Assembly: GCA_019057795.1 (NCBI GenBank)
Contig: JAHLWS010000005.1
Span: forward strand, 1 to 64,000
Direction: 5' to 3'
Length of the DNA stretch: 64,000 nucleotides
From: Promethearchaeota archaeon
Lineage (GTDB): Archaea; Asgardarchaeota; Lokiarchaeia; Sigyniarchaeales; SOKP01
Shown: positions 49,656 to 59,091 of the stretch, one piece after another
Layout of the letters: the number at the start of each line of letters is the position of its first letter
Position numbering within the stretch: position 1 is the first letter of the stretch
The notes under the pieces: generated by a model
What the model was told of the DNA's origin: nothing
The model's input: only the letters and a program-made list of their open reading frames with translations
The model's database searches: none
Program-made: the position numbers and the translations under genes

Positions 49656-50510
49656 TTACGTTTGGTATGGAGCTTTTGCGGGAGTTAACTTAATTTCTTT
49701 CGTTTCTGAACTAATAAAGTGTTTAAATAAGTGTTCATAACCAATAATTTGGTTTATTTTACCGTTTTCTAACCATATTCCGGATGTATACTCCGGAGCT
49801 TCTTTAACTTGATCAAGTGTAGTTAATAGAAATCCATAATCCGCAATCAATAAACCGAAAGGAATTACATTATCGCCTTCAATTGAATGTATTTTAACAG
49901 AAATTTTTAATAGCTTTTTAATTTCTTCTTTTAAATCCTCAAAATACTTAAAGGCAATTATAATTTCCATATCGGATGAAAATTTTTTGTTCCATAATTC
50001 CTTTAAAATCCATTCGTATCCTCCTAATTCTCCCATCAGTAAATCAGGCGTTATTATAAAATAAATCCGGTTTTCTGAAGAGCTAATTAATTCCTTAATT
50101 TTTGCTCTAATTTTTTCTCGAGAATTTATTGCCCATACTCTGGGTTCTGATTCTTCTTTATCGATTTCCAATTCTGTTATGGCTTTTTCTAGCGTTATTG
50201 TATCTGCGATTTTCTTTTTGTATTGGTCTCTAATAGTTTTAAATATTTTTTCAATAGGAATAACTTGGTAATTTGCGCCCCTCTTTACCGGTTCTTTTTG
50301 GATAAAGCCTTTCTCAATTAACCGGTTAAGACTATCGTATACTCTAGCACGATCGACTCCAGAAAATCTTGCTATATCTGCGGGACTTAAAATTTTATAT
50401 TTGGCAAGAGTTAGTAAAACTTTAGAATCGTTTTTAGTAAATCCCAACGATTGTAGAGAGAGTTCGATTTCTGATTCTTCAAGCTTTATAATACCACGAC
50501 TAAACGTCAA
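49656..50510 (-). CDS. TrmB-family transcriptional regulator
   Basis: LQSLGFT...IARFSGVDRARVYDSLNRLIEKG HTH plus a PLD-like C-terminal domain. Confidence 0.85.
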   Translation of the reverse strand: MTFSRGIIKLEESEIELSLQSLGFTKNDSKVLLTLAKYKILSPADIARFSGVDRARVYDSLNRLIEKGFIQKEPVKRGANYQVIPIEKIFKTIRDQYKKKIADTITLEKAITELEIDKEESEPRVWAINSREKIRAKIKELISSSENRIYFIITPDLLMGELGGYEWILKELWNKKFSSDMEIIIAFKYFEDLKEEIKKLLKISVKIHSIEGDNVIPFGLLIADYGFLLTTLDQVKEAPEYTSGIWLENGKINQIIGYEHLFKHFISSETKEIKLTPAKAPYQT

Positions 50511-50704
50511 GATTGGAATCTAATTCTTTTTTTATTTAGTATTAAATATCTAATTTTAAAACTATTATTTAATTTTAATTTTTCAGAAAAAAAATAATTA
50601 AATTGACACTTTTATTAAAACGTCTAATTTTGTTAAATATTTGATGACATGCATAAAAAGGTACTTTAAGCTAAAAATCCTATTGTTTAAAACTCAAATG
50701 TTAA

Positions 50705-50785
50705 TTTAATAAAAAATGAAGATTTCGAATATTTACATGATGTTAAATCTTTAATAAAAAAAGAAGATTTCGAACTTTTGCATGA
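50705..50785. repeat. 36-bp direct repeat (45-bp period) in the trmB/histone divergent region
   Basis: TTTAATAAAAAA(T/A)GAAGATTTCGAA..TTT.CATGA at 50705 and 50750. Confidence 0.75.
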
Positions 50786-51058
50786 AATCCTTTTTAAAAT
50801 CTCATTCTAGTGAAATTAAACAATCAAAAAAAAATTATTCCCAATTTAATAAATTTTAAAAATTTATTTTAATAATGGTATTTTGTCGGAGTAATAATCT
50901 TTAGTAAATTTTAGATACATAATAACTAATTAACAAAATTTCCATAAAGTATTATTCCGAACCATAATATTTATATAATAGAAAATCGTAGTTATTATTA
51001 ATTATAAATTTAAATTAAAACAGTTCAATTTAAAAAAAAATTTGTGGAGGAATAAATC

Positions 51059-51295
51059 ATGGCAAAAAAAAAAGCCCCAGCAAAGAAAAAAAGCGATAGT
51101 TATATTGCTAAAGCTCCAATTCGGCGATTGATGAAAAAAGAAGGCGCTGATTTAGTTGCTGCCGATGCTCTAGATAAACTTATCGGTTTTCTCGAAAAAA
51201 CCGCTGCTGACGCAACTAAAGAAGCTATTAAGGTTACCAAGGCGGACAAGAGGAAAAGGGTCACAGCGGCCGATATTCGTAAGGCTACGAGGTAA
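51059..51295 (+). CDS. Archaeal histone (HMf-type) with a short Lys-rich N-terminal tail
   Basis: IAKAPIRRLMKKEGA...RKRVTAADI; GGAGG SD upstream. Confidence 0.95.
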   Translation: MAKKKAPAKKKSDSYIAKAPIRRLMKKEGADLVAADALDKLIGFLEKTAADATKEAIKVTKADKRKRVTAADIRKATR

Positions 51296-51406
51296 AGCGT
51301 TAGTTTTTAAAAATCTTTAATATTTTTTTTTACTTTTTTTCTTATTATAATCTGCTTGTTATATTATCTTTTTAAGATTATTTTTACTTATTTTCTTAGC
51401 TATCTA

Positions 51407-52342
51407 TTAAAAAGAGTTGGTTATCAATAATTCCTTAATCTTTCCTCTTTTACTTCCATCACTATTTATAGCTCTTTTAGCGTAAAGGATGTTTATTTGA
51501 TAATCTTTATATAAACCTAAAATAAAATCAGAATAAGAATTACTCAACATCACCTTACAACCCCGTTCATCTAAATTTTTATATACATTAAAAAGCCTGA
51601 TTTGGTCTTCTTTGCTAAAATTACCCTTAGTATAACTGGTAAAATTAGCAGAACGCGATATTGGAACATAAGGTGGATCAAAATAAATGAAATCATCTTT
51701 CTCCGCAAAATCTAAACATATTTCGAACGAATTATTTATTAATTTAACATTTTTAAGTGCTTTATGAACTGCATTTAAATTTTTCTCGTCGCAAAACTTT
51801 GGACTTTTATATTTTCCAAAAGGCACATTAAACTGTCCTTTGCTGTTTACTCTATATAATCCATTAAAGCAACAGCGATTCAAATATATAGTTCTTGAAG
51901 CCTTGGTCACATCTGACAATTTATTATATTCTTTGGGATTTCTATCCTTACTTCGTACTTCGTAATAATAATCTTTTTCATTTTTGTGGTTTTTAAGGGA
52001 TTTTATGAGTTCAGAAACATTATTTTTTATTATATTAAAGGAATTAATTAATTCTTTATTTACATCAATTAATATAGCCGTTTCGGGTAATAAATAAAAA
52101 AAGATGGCTCCGCCGCCCACAAAAGGTTCAATATATTTATTGAATTCTTTAGGAAAATAATCGTTCATTTGTAGAATTAATTGTCTTTTACCGCCTACCC
52201 ATTTTAAAAAAGGTTTAGGCACATCTACAATAGATTTCTTCCTTCTATTTTGCTCTTTCTTAATATCAAGATAGTGAATTTTTTTATCATCTTTTCCTAA
52301 AAAATTTTGCAACGATTTTTGGGTCAAGCTTTTTTCATTCAA
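51407..52342 (-). CDS. dam: Dam-family DNA adenine methyltransferase
   Basis: KWVGGK, EPFVGGG, FNGLYRVNSKGQFNVPFG, DPPY. Confidence 0.95.
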   Translation of the reverse strand: MNEKSLTQKSLQNFLGKDDKKIHYLDIKKEQNRRKKSIVDVPKPFLKWVGGKRQLILQMNDYFPKEFNKYIEPFVGGGAIFFYLLPETAILIDVNKELINSFNIIKNNVSELIKSLKNHKNEKDYYYEVRSKDRNPKEYNKLSDVTKASRTIYLNRCCFNGLYRVNSKGQFNVPFGKYKSPKFCDEKNLNAVHKALKNVKLINNSFEICLDFAEKDDFIYFDPPYVPISRSANFTSYTKGNFSKEDQIRLFNVYKNLDERGCKVMLSNSYSDFILGLYKDYQINILYAKRAINSDGSKRGKIKELLITNSF

Positions 52343-52486
52343 CGTTAATATTTCATTTTTTCTAATATTATTAAATCAATTAAATCTAATATTTCTATTG
52401 ATATCAACTATTTAATTAATTTTATTACTATATGAATATCTTAAAATCAGGGATTAAAAAAGGAAGAAACCTATTGGTTTTTAGAA

Positions 52487-53008
52487 TTATCCAAACTCTT
52501 CAAAAAATTCCTTATTAAGAAATTTATCGATATTATTCTTTAATTTTTTCCTGACGGAATCCAATCCTTCAGGAACAATTCGAGTTTTGCTAAAAATATC
52601 AATATATCCTAATTCTGAGCCATATCTTGGAACTAAATGGAAATGTAAATGTTCTAAACTTGCTCCAGCGTCTTTTCCTTGATTAATTCCAATATTATAC
52701 CCCATTGGATTGTATAATTCATCGAGTAATAATTGTAAGCCTTGAATCGTTCTTGATATATGGACGATTTCTTCTTTCTTTAAATCGGTAAATTTTGTGA
52801 TATGACGATTTGGAACGCACATGAGATGTCCGGGATTGAAGGGATATAAGTTTAACACAACAAAGCAGATTTCATCTTCGTAAATTTTTAATAAAACTAC
52901 TCTTTCGTCATTCATTCTGATAGAGCATAAAAGACAATCAACATCGGGTTTTGCTTTTCCTTGAACATAATCTAATTTTCCTAACGCCTGTAACCATTTC
53001 TCGAAAAT
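52487..53008 (-). CDS. HIT-family hydrolase, apparent ATT start
   Basis: HLHFHLVPR, NLYPFNPGH; frame extends upstream through CLLC to (I)FEKWLQALGKLDYV. Confidence 0.9.
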   Translation of the reverse strand: MFEKWLQALGKLDYVQGKAKPDVDCLLCSIRMNDERVVLLKIYEDEICFVVLNLYPFNPGHLMCVPNRHITKFTDLKKEEIVHISRTIQGLQLLLDELYNPMGYNIGINQGKDAGASLEHLHFHLVPRYGSELGYIDIFSKTRIVPEGLDSVRKKLKNNIDKFLNKEFFEEFG

Positions 53009-53037
53009 TACATTTCACCTACTCATCAAATTAATTG

Positions 53038-53556
53038 TTATGAATATAAAGAGAAATCTGAAGTAAAATCTTTAGATTTAGAAAAATCTCCGGGTTTGAT
53101 TTTACCTATGCAATATTCATTAAGAATCATGTTTGAATAAGCCGCACAAGTAAATACCTTACGTATGCTTTTAAAAAACGAATTTTTTGAAATAGTACCA
53201 TCTTTTTTAAGGAAAATTTGATCGCTTATTTCGTATCGAAATTTCTGTGTATCGATTCTAAAAAAAACGTCACGAATTAGAAAAAATTTCCTCAAATCCA
53301 TAAAATATTGTAATTTTTTGTTATCTTCTAAAGCGTTTAAGGCATCCACTTGTTGAGGGGCTATTTGAATTGGGTTAGAAATTATAATTAAATCTTTATT
53401 TTTAGGTTTTAAAACAACCATTTTTGTTTTAAAACAAACAAATTGAAAGCCAAATTCAAGTTTTTTATCATCAATTGGAATTTTTTTTCTTAAAAGACCT
53501 TCATCTAATAGATATTCTTGGATTAGATGTTTTATATTACTCTCGTTGTCAGTCAT
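53038..53556 (-). CDS. DUF2299-like archaeal protein
   Basis: IQEYLLDEG...IFLKKDG...ISKNSFFKSIRKV pattern. Confidence 0.55.
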   Translation of the reverse strand: MTDNESNIKHLIQEYLLDEGLLRKKIPIDDKKLEFGFQFVCFKTKMVVLKPKNKDLIIISNPIQIAPQQVDALNALEDNKKLQYFMDLRKFFLIRDVFFRIDTQKFRYEISDQIFLKKDGTISKNSFFKSIRKVFTCAAYSNMILNEYCIGKIKPGDFSKSKDFTSDFSLYS

Positions 53557-53703
53557 TATTATACGTAATCTTTGATTCGATATAAACGTACAATTTTTAA
53601 GGGATGGATTAATTTCCTTATAATTACTTAAATCTTGAAATTATCAATAATAAGAATAAATATATTGCCTAACAATCAGGATTTAGACAATAATCTACGG
53701 GTT

Positions 53704-54195
53704 CTAATCCCAAAGTAATTTAGATCCGCATTTAGGACAAGGATTTGATTTAACGGGTATTAATTGATGGCAAATAGGACAATTCTCTGCAAGTTTAGGT
53801 TGATTTGAGACGCTTTGCGAAGCAATAGGTCTTGAATTATGAATGGGTGTGGTTGAAATGGGAATATTCGGAGTAGTAGAACCGTATTTGGTTTTAATAT
53901 GTGCCACGAATTCCTGCTCTGATTGATTCATTTTCTTGGTTAAAGAGTTCCCACTCGTTATTATCATACACGCAACTACGCCTAATGGGAGGAATGTCAT
54001 TTCATTAAAGGGTAATTCATTTAATAATAACCCAACTACAATAAATAATAATATAGCAACACCAATTAAAACGCCAATGAGGCTTGAACGGATCGATTTA
54101 TTTACCATTTTTTTATAAACGGCGTAATCATTATCCGTTATAGTAATTCCATTTTCGTCTTTAATCTTTGATATAAAGAGAGCCTTTTGTTTCAT
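53704..54195 (-). CDS. 2-TM protein with C-terminal Zn ribbon
   Basis: Two TMs; CPIC...CPKCG. Confidence 0.75.
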   Translation of the reverse strand: MKQKALFISKIKDENGITITDNDYAVYKKMVNKSIRSSLIGVLIGVAILLFIVVGLLLNELPFNEMTFLPLGVVACMIITSGNSLTKKMNQSEQEFVAHIKTKYGSTTPNIPISTTPIHNSRPIASQSVSNQPKLAENCPICHQLIPVKSNPCPKCGSKLLWD

Positions 54196-54427
54196 AGTTT
54201 AGTAATATAATTACAATAATTTAAACTTATGTTTATAGAAAAGTATATAAGAACAACATAAAATGGAGAAGAATTATAAGTGTGGTTGTGGTTTAGAAAA
54301 TGTGTTTAAAAAATTGTTTATCCCGTCATTTAAAGAAATGTTGAGTGTGGATATAATCGTTGGAAGGAAAGAAAATGCAAAAATAATGATGGTAATAAAA
54401 TAGTAAGCGAAAAATTACCAAATTAGG

Positions 54428-54790
54428 TTAATATTTGCCTTTTGGTCTAGTTTGAGGTTGAACTCCTGCGTTCTTTAATTTTTCAATATTTTTTACTAAA
54501 TCTTCTGAGGAAGTGCTGTAAACAACTTGTAGAGTGTCTAAATCTATATATAAGGAGCCAACAATCCCCAATCCCATCAATTGATTATCTTTATCTATAA
54601 AAGTATTATCAAGATTCATTTTAATCGCTTTTTTATTGCCCTCAAGCTCAACAAGCTGCGGTTGACACGCAGTGTACCCCACTCCTCTATTTTTAATCAA
54701 ATAACTCATTATTGCGTAGTCTAATTCGTCGTTGATCTCTCCTTGCTCTTGGAGAATTTTTACCACATTTGGAGGGTTTTGTGATGACAT
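54428..54790 (-). CDS. Hypothetical protein
   Basis: 120 aa ORF. Confidence 0.7.
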   Translation of the reverse strand: MSSQNPPNVVKILQEQGEINDELDYAIMSYLIKNRGVGYTACQPQLVELEGNKKAIKMNLDNTFIDKDNQLMGLGIVGSLYIDLDTLQVVYSTSSEDLVKNIEKLKNAGVQPQTRPKGKY

Positions 54791-54870
54791 TTTTATAAAT
54801 AAACTATATCATTTAAACAGAACTTTAAAGGGATAGAATTCACATGATGGATTTTGTTATAATAAAATTT

Positions 54871-55122
54871 TTATCTTTCAATAATAACTTCATCAACACT
54901 GTGCAGGGCACAGTTCATGCTTTCTAAAATGTCCTTTATTGAATCCAATGTAAGGTCTTCAGTACCTTTAATGGTTAAAAAGATTGAGGTTGTATTTTGG
55001 TCTATCTCGTCTGTCTTAATCTGTACATACGTAACACCCTCAGTTTTCATTAAAGTGCGGCCGATTAGTTCGTTATCGGGACTGTGTGGTTTCAAAATGT
55101 CTAATTTAAAAGTAATATTCAT
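54871..55122 (-). CDS. DUF211-family protein
   Basis: LDILKPHSP...EID...ALHSVDEV. Confidence 0.85.
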   Translation of the reverse strand: MNITFKLDILKPHSPDNELIGRTLMKTEGVTYVQIKTDEIDQNTTSIFLTIKGTEDLTLDSIKDILESMNCALHSVDEVIIER

Positions 55123-55212
55123 GATTTAATAAATTAAATATTTAATTAAAATTATATCACTAATTGAATTATTTCAATAATTGATTAAATTGTATTTATA
55201 ATTTATTTTTAT

Positions 55213-55280
55213 TAGTTTATAAAAATTGTTCAATGATTTCAATTAATTTAGATGGAATTTCTTTTGGTTCGATGATTTTA
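55213..55280 (-). pseudogene. Displaced duplicate of the HAD gene 3' end
   Basis: KIIEPKEIPSKLIEIIEQFL* versus HAD C-terminus KIIELHEIPSKLIETLEQFL*. Confidence 0.85.
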
Positions 55281-55381
55281 CTCTCTATGAAAAAGAAAAT
55301 GATACGATGGGTATAGCAATCGCATTTAATAACATGTTTAATTGCTCGTTCTATTCGATAAATCTTGTAATATTGTTTCTC

Positions 55382-55534
55382 TTATTTTTCTCTTACCCAA
55401 ACGTGAAAAGCACCCTCTATTAACAATAACTCCCAGCCTTCTGCAGCTATTGCGTTTAATTCTTCCTCTAACCTTTTTTTAATTTTACCGGTGGTTAAAG
55501 ATCCTTTAAAAATTTCAATTCTATATTCTTTCAT
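55382..55534 (-). CDS. DUF4177-like small protein (missed by the ORF track)
   Basis: MKEYRIEIFKGSLTTGKIKKRLEEELNAIAAEGWELLLIEGAFHVWVREK*. Confidence 0.8.
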   Translation of the reverse strand: MKEYRIEIFKGSLTTGKIKKRLEEELNAIAAEGWELLLIEGAFHVWVREK

Positions 55535-55586
55535 ATTTGATATCTCTTTTTCAAATGTTTAATTATTAGTTATAATAATTTTTAGT

Positions 55587-56282
55587 TTATAAAAATTGTT
55601 CAAGGGTTTCAATTAATTTTGATGGAATTTCGTGTAGTTCAATAATTTTATCTGCCTTTCTAAAAAATTCTCTTTTTAAGTAATTTGGAATTTTAGTGTT
55701 TAAAGCGATAGAGCGCGATCCTATGTTAATCGCTGCTTCAATATCTCGCCCAGTATCTCCAATAACCACAATTTGATCAGGTTTTACATCTATTTTCTCA
55801 CATATGTGTTTTAAATGATCTGGGTGCGGTTTAAGATTTTTAGTATCGTCACGACCTACTATAACTTCAAAGTAGTGAATGATACCTGCTGTGTCTAGTG
55901 AAATTCTTGCGTTGTTATGGGTATTATACGTAAAAACAGCTTGTTTAAGTCTTTTCTTTTTTGCAAACTCTAAAACCTGGTCTATACCCTGAGTTAAAGT
56001 CGCTTTAATGGCAGCTTCGTGTTCGACTTGAATTACGGCGTTATTCACTTCGTTAATAATTTCTTTAATTTTTTCGGAAGAAAACCCCAACTCATTAAAT
56101 ATTACTCTGGAGATTTTAACACTTTCTAAAATAGGCATTTCAATTGAAAGGTCTTCCTTTGGTATCCCATAATCTCTTAATACTTTAATAGCCTTTCTTC
56201 GAGCTTTAACCGAGTTAATTTTAAAATGTATTAAGGTACCGTCCAAATCCCATATAATTGCTTTAATAGGTTTTTCGTTCAT
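55587..56282 (-). CDS. HAD-superfamily phosphatase
   Basis: WDLDGTL, KPHPD, IGDTGRD. Confidence 0.95.
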   Translation of the reverse strand: MNEKPIKAIIWDLDGTLIHFKINSVKARRKAIKVLRDYGIPKEDLSIEMPILESVKISRVIFNELGFSSEKIKEIINEVNNAVIQVEHEAAIKATLTQGIDQVLEFAKKKRLKQAVFTYNTHNNARISLDTAGIIHYFEVIVGRDDTKNLKPHPDHLKHICEKIDVKPDQIVVIGDTGRDIEAAINIGSRSIALNTKIPNYLKREFFRKADKIIELHEIPSKLIETLEQFL

Positions 56283-56867
56283 TTAATATACCAAATCGGA
56301 ATATATCGGCCCTGTAGGCGTTAAAACAGACTTTTTTAGTTTTACCTGGCTTATATTGAAAGGTCCAAATTCGAAATTTTTATTCTCGTTAATTAGTTTT
56401 TTTAGCACATCAAAAGTTTTATAATTTACTTTATCCCTTCTCAATCTTCCTATCGTAAGATGTGGTTTGAATCCAGTTCTTTTATCTTTTTGAATTTTCA
56501 ATCGCTCAGATAAGAGTTGTTCTATTATATTTTTAATTTGTTGTAAAAATTGAACATCTCCAATAAGTTTTACCCATAAAACAGAGAATTTGTTAAATTG
56601 ACCTACCCCTCTAAGACTATATTCAATGGTTTTTCCTTGAAACATGCTTTCGTTTACATCTTCTTTCAAAATTTCATAAATTTTTAGTGCCACGGATTCA
56701 GAAATGTTTCCCAAAAATTTTACAGTCATATGAAGGTTTTCTGGTTCTACTACTTTAAGCTTGGGCTGATTTTGTTTTAATCGAGATGAGAAAGCCTGAA
56801 TTTTCTCTATCGTGTTCTTGTCTTTTAATTCGATCGCTATAAATGCTCTAATCATGACTACACCCAA
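56283..56867 (-). CDS. thpR: RNA 2',3'-cyclic phosphodiesterase (2'-5' RNA ligase family)
   Basis: RAFIAI; HMT and HLT 2H motifs; LTPTGPIY. Confidence 0.95.
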   Translation of the reverse strand: MGVVMIRAFIAIELKDKNTIEKIQAFSSRLKQNQPKLKVVEPENLHMTVKFLGNISESVALKIYEILKEDVNESMFQGKTIEYSLRGVGQFNKFSVLWVKLIGDVQFLQQIKNIIEQLLSERLKIQKDKRTGFKPHLTIGRLRRDKVNYKTFDVLKKLINENKNFEFGPFNISQVKLKKSVLTPTGPIYSDLVY

Positions 56868-56898
56868 TTAATGTTAATATTACAAGTTTTTTGACGAT

Positions 56899-57861
56899 CT
56901 ACCTTTCAATTTTGCCCGGAAGATAGAAATCATACTTTTTCTTAAAGACTTTAGTTTTAAGAAATCTATCAAAGCGTCTCACACTTTGAAAAATAACCCA
57001 CATACTGCTGTCGCTCTTGTAATATTTTTTAACTTCTTCTAATGTTAACGGTTCAATATCGAAATCAATTGCTTCTTCTTCAAAGAATTTATTGACAAGG
57101 TTAATCAATTCAGGGATAAGTTCGGGTTTTTGTTCCTTAAAGAAATTTGCGACTAAATCAATTGTAACCTTCCTCCAGTCGTAATATCTCCCGATAGTTT
57201 CTTCAAGAAATAAAGCTTTTAATAACCACCTTAGAAATGAAGGGGCACTTTTCAAAAATAGGACTGCCTCCATCGCTTCGTTACCATTAACCCTAAAAAA
57301 TGGTGTACTCGTATCGAAATACATTAGTTTTGTATCAAGATCAATTTTAGGATTGTTAGGATCGAAACCAATAATGGCAAAGTTAGATATTTGACCGTCT
57401 AATCCTAAATCTATAGTATTATGGTTTTTAGCGTAATCCCACACTTTCTTCATTTCTCTCATTACAAGTAGAATTAAAGTTTTAATGTCTTGATCGCTTA
57501 ATTGATGAATTACCTTATGCCCTATTGATTCTGAGGGAAGTTTTTCTTGAACGCAATAAAATTGAATTTTTCCCTCTTCGTCTTTAAACCATGCTACATC
57601 GTACTCAGGCAGATTGAGCCCCACATCTTCTTTTAAAAGTCTATTATATTCGTTATATGCCCAAATATGTCTTTCGACTTGCGTTTCATTATCAAAAATT
57701 GGAATCCTTTTATATGCTATTTGCTCTGGGTTATTCAAAATCTCAAAAACGAGGCTTATTTCACCATAACCTAAAATTTTTATCGGTACTTCTCCTTTTT
57801 CGGGATCAGAAGTATCAATTGACTTTTCTAACTTTTTTAAAACTTCAATATCAATTTTCAT
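56899..57861 (-). CDS. DUF6206-like kinase-fold protein
   Basis: LGYGEISLV, GLDGQISN, YFDTSTP. Confidence 0.65.
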   Translation of the reverse strand: MKIDIEVLKKLEKSIDTSDPEKGEVPIKILGYGEISLVFEILNNPEQIAYKRIPIFDNETQVERHIWAYNEYNRLLKEDVGLNLPEYDVAWFKDEEGKIQFYCVQEKLPSESIGHKVIHQLSDQDIKTLILLVMREMKKVWDYAKNHNTIDLGLDGQISNFAIIGFDPNNPKIDLDTKLMYFDTSTPFFRVNGNEAMEAVLFLKSAPSFLRWLLKALFLEETIGRYYDWRKVTIDLVANFFKEQKPELIPELINLVNKFFEEEAIDFDIEPLTLEEVKKYYKSDSSMWVIFQSVRRFDRFLKTKVFKKKYDFYLPGKIER

Positions 57862-57936
57862 ATCTAATCAATTCACTTCTTTAATATTTAAAAAAATTAA
57901 CTTAAATCTTTATAAAATTAACTCAAAAATTCAATA

Positions 57937-58980
57937 TTAATATTTTCCTAATTTCTCTACTAAGGTTTTTGCAATTCCTAAGTTTCTACTTGCCATAGTA
58001 AATGGTTCCCAGGGCCACTCACATCCTGCGGCATACATAAACATCCCACCTGGTTTTCCTAATTCAATTGTTGTTTCCACTTCGCTAATAACATCGTTAA
58101 TTGAATAAGTTGTACTTCCCAATATCTGTGTATTAGTATTTCCTCTAATACAATTATTTGTCCCGATCTTCTCTTTAGCTAATTTTAAGTCTACTTGATA
58201 ATCTAAGTCTAAAATTGCCGCGTTTGTATTCGATATTAACTTAAGCATATCTCTCCCTTCCTTATCTATCACCGAATTATCGCCACAAACATGATACAAC
58301 ACTGGAACTTTCCTTTGAATATCATCGAATAGTTCTTTTGTTGCCTTTAAACAGCATTTTTCATACCGCATTGGACCAATTTGAGATATCGCGGAATCGC
58401 CAGCGCCAATAATATTCGCTCCAACTTCGATCTGCATTTTAGCAAACTCTTTTTGTATTGGTAGTATTCGATTTATGAGATCTCTTATCCTTTTTTCCCA
58501 ATCTTGATGCTTACATAACATTAGAACATTTACCAAATCGAATAGGCAGCAAATTTCAGCAAAGGGAGCCTCGATCCATCCGATAATGCATTGTTCACCT
58601 CCAACTTTTTCGCTCAATAATTTAACAGCGTTAACTCTGTTCAATATTCTCTTATTTGAATTTAAATCAGGTATTTCGAGGGAGTAAAAATCATCAATTT
58701 TCAAGTAAGTTTTTGCTACAGGAGTGTGACTCTTCCAACCTATTTCTACACCCCACGCGTTAGCTTCGCGGTATGCATCTGTAGACACATTCACATGATC
58801 AATTCCAAAAAAATCTGAGCATTTTATTTGGGATTGCGCTAATATTTCTGGATTTTGGCAGTATTCGCGATTATAATCGATATTGTTCAAGTTGGCTGCA
58901 AGGTGCATAATAAACGGGTTAAAGGGTATCTTCTCGGGCGTCCCCTTAATCGCAGAGAGGTTTAATTCCAATCGGTTCAT
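57937..58980 (-). CDS. UroD/MtaA-CmuA-family methyltransferase
   Basis: EANAWG, WIEAPF, HVCG, GCE motifs. Confidence 0.85.
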   Translation of the reverse strand: MNRLELNLSAIKGTPEKIPFNPFIMHLAANLNNIDYNREYCQNPEILAQSQIKCSDFFGIDHVNVSTDAYREANAWGVEIGWKSHTPVAKTYLKIDDFYSLEIPDLNSNKRILNRVNAVKLLSEKVGGEQCIIGWIEAPFAEICCLFDLVNVLMLCKHQDWEKRIRDLINRILPIQKEFAKMQIEVGANIIGAGDSAISQIGPMRYEKCCLKATKELFDDIQRKVPVLYHVCGDNSVIDKEGRDMLKLISNTNAAILDLDYQVDLKLAKEKIGTNNCIRGNTNTQILGSTTYSINDVISEVETTIELGKPGGMFMYAAGCEWPWEPFTMASRNLGIAKTLVEKLGKY

Positions 58981-59091
58981 TTTTCTTTGGATGTTCTATA
59001 AAACTTTGAAAAATTCTTCATTTTCTTTCCAGAATTTATTATTAATATTAAATTTGGTTAAGTTTTTATTTATAATAATTCTTTTTTTCTC

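Noticed and set aside
53015-53026. TGA in ATG AGT AGG TGA upstream of HIT as selenocysteine
   Set aside because: It is not at a conserved Cys position; it is part of the GGTGA SD motif, and no SECIS is evident.
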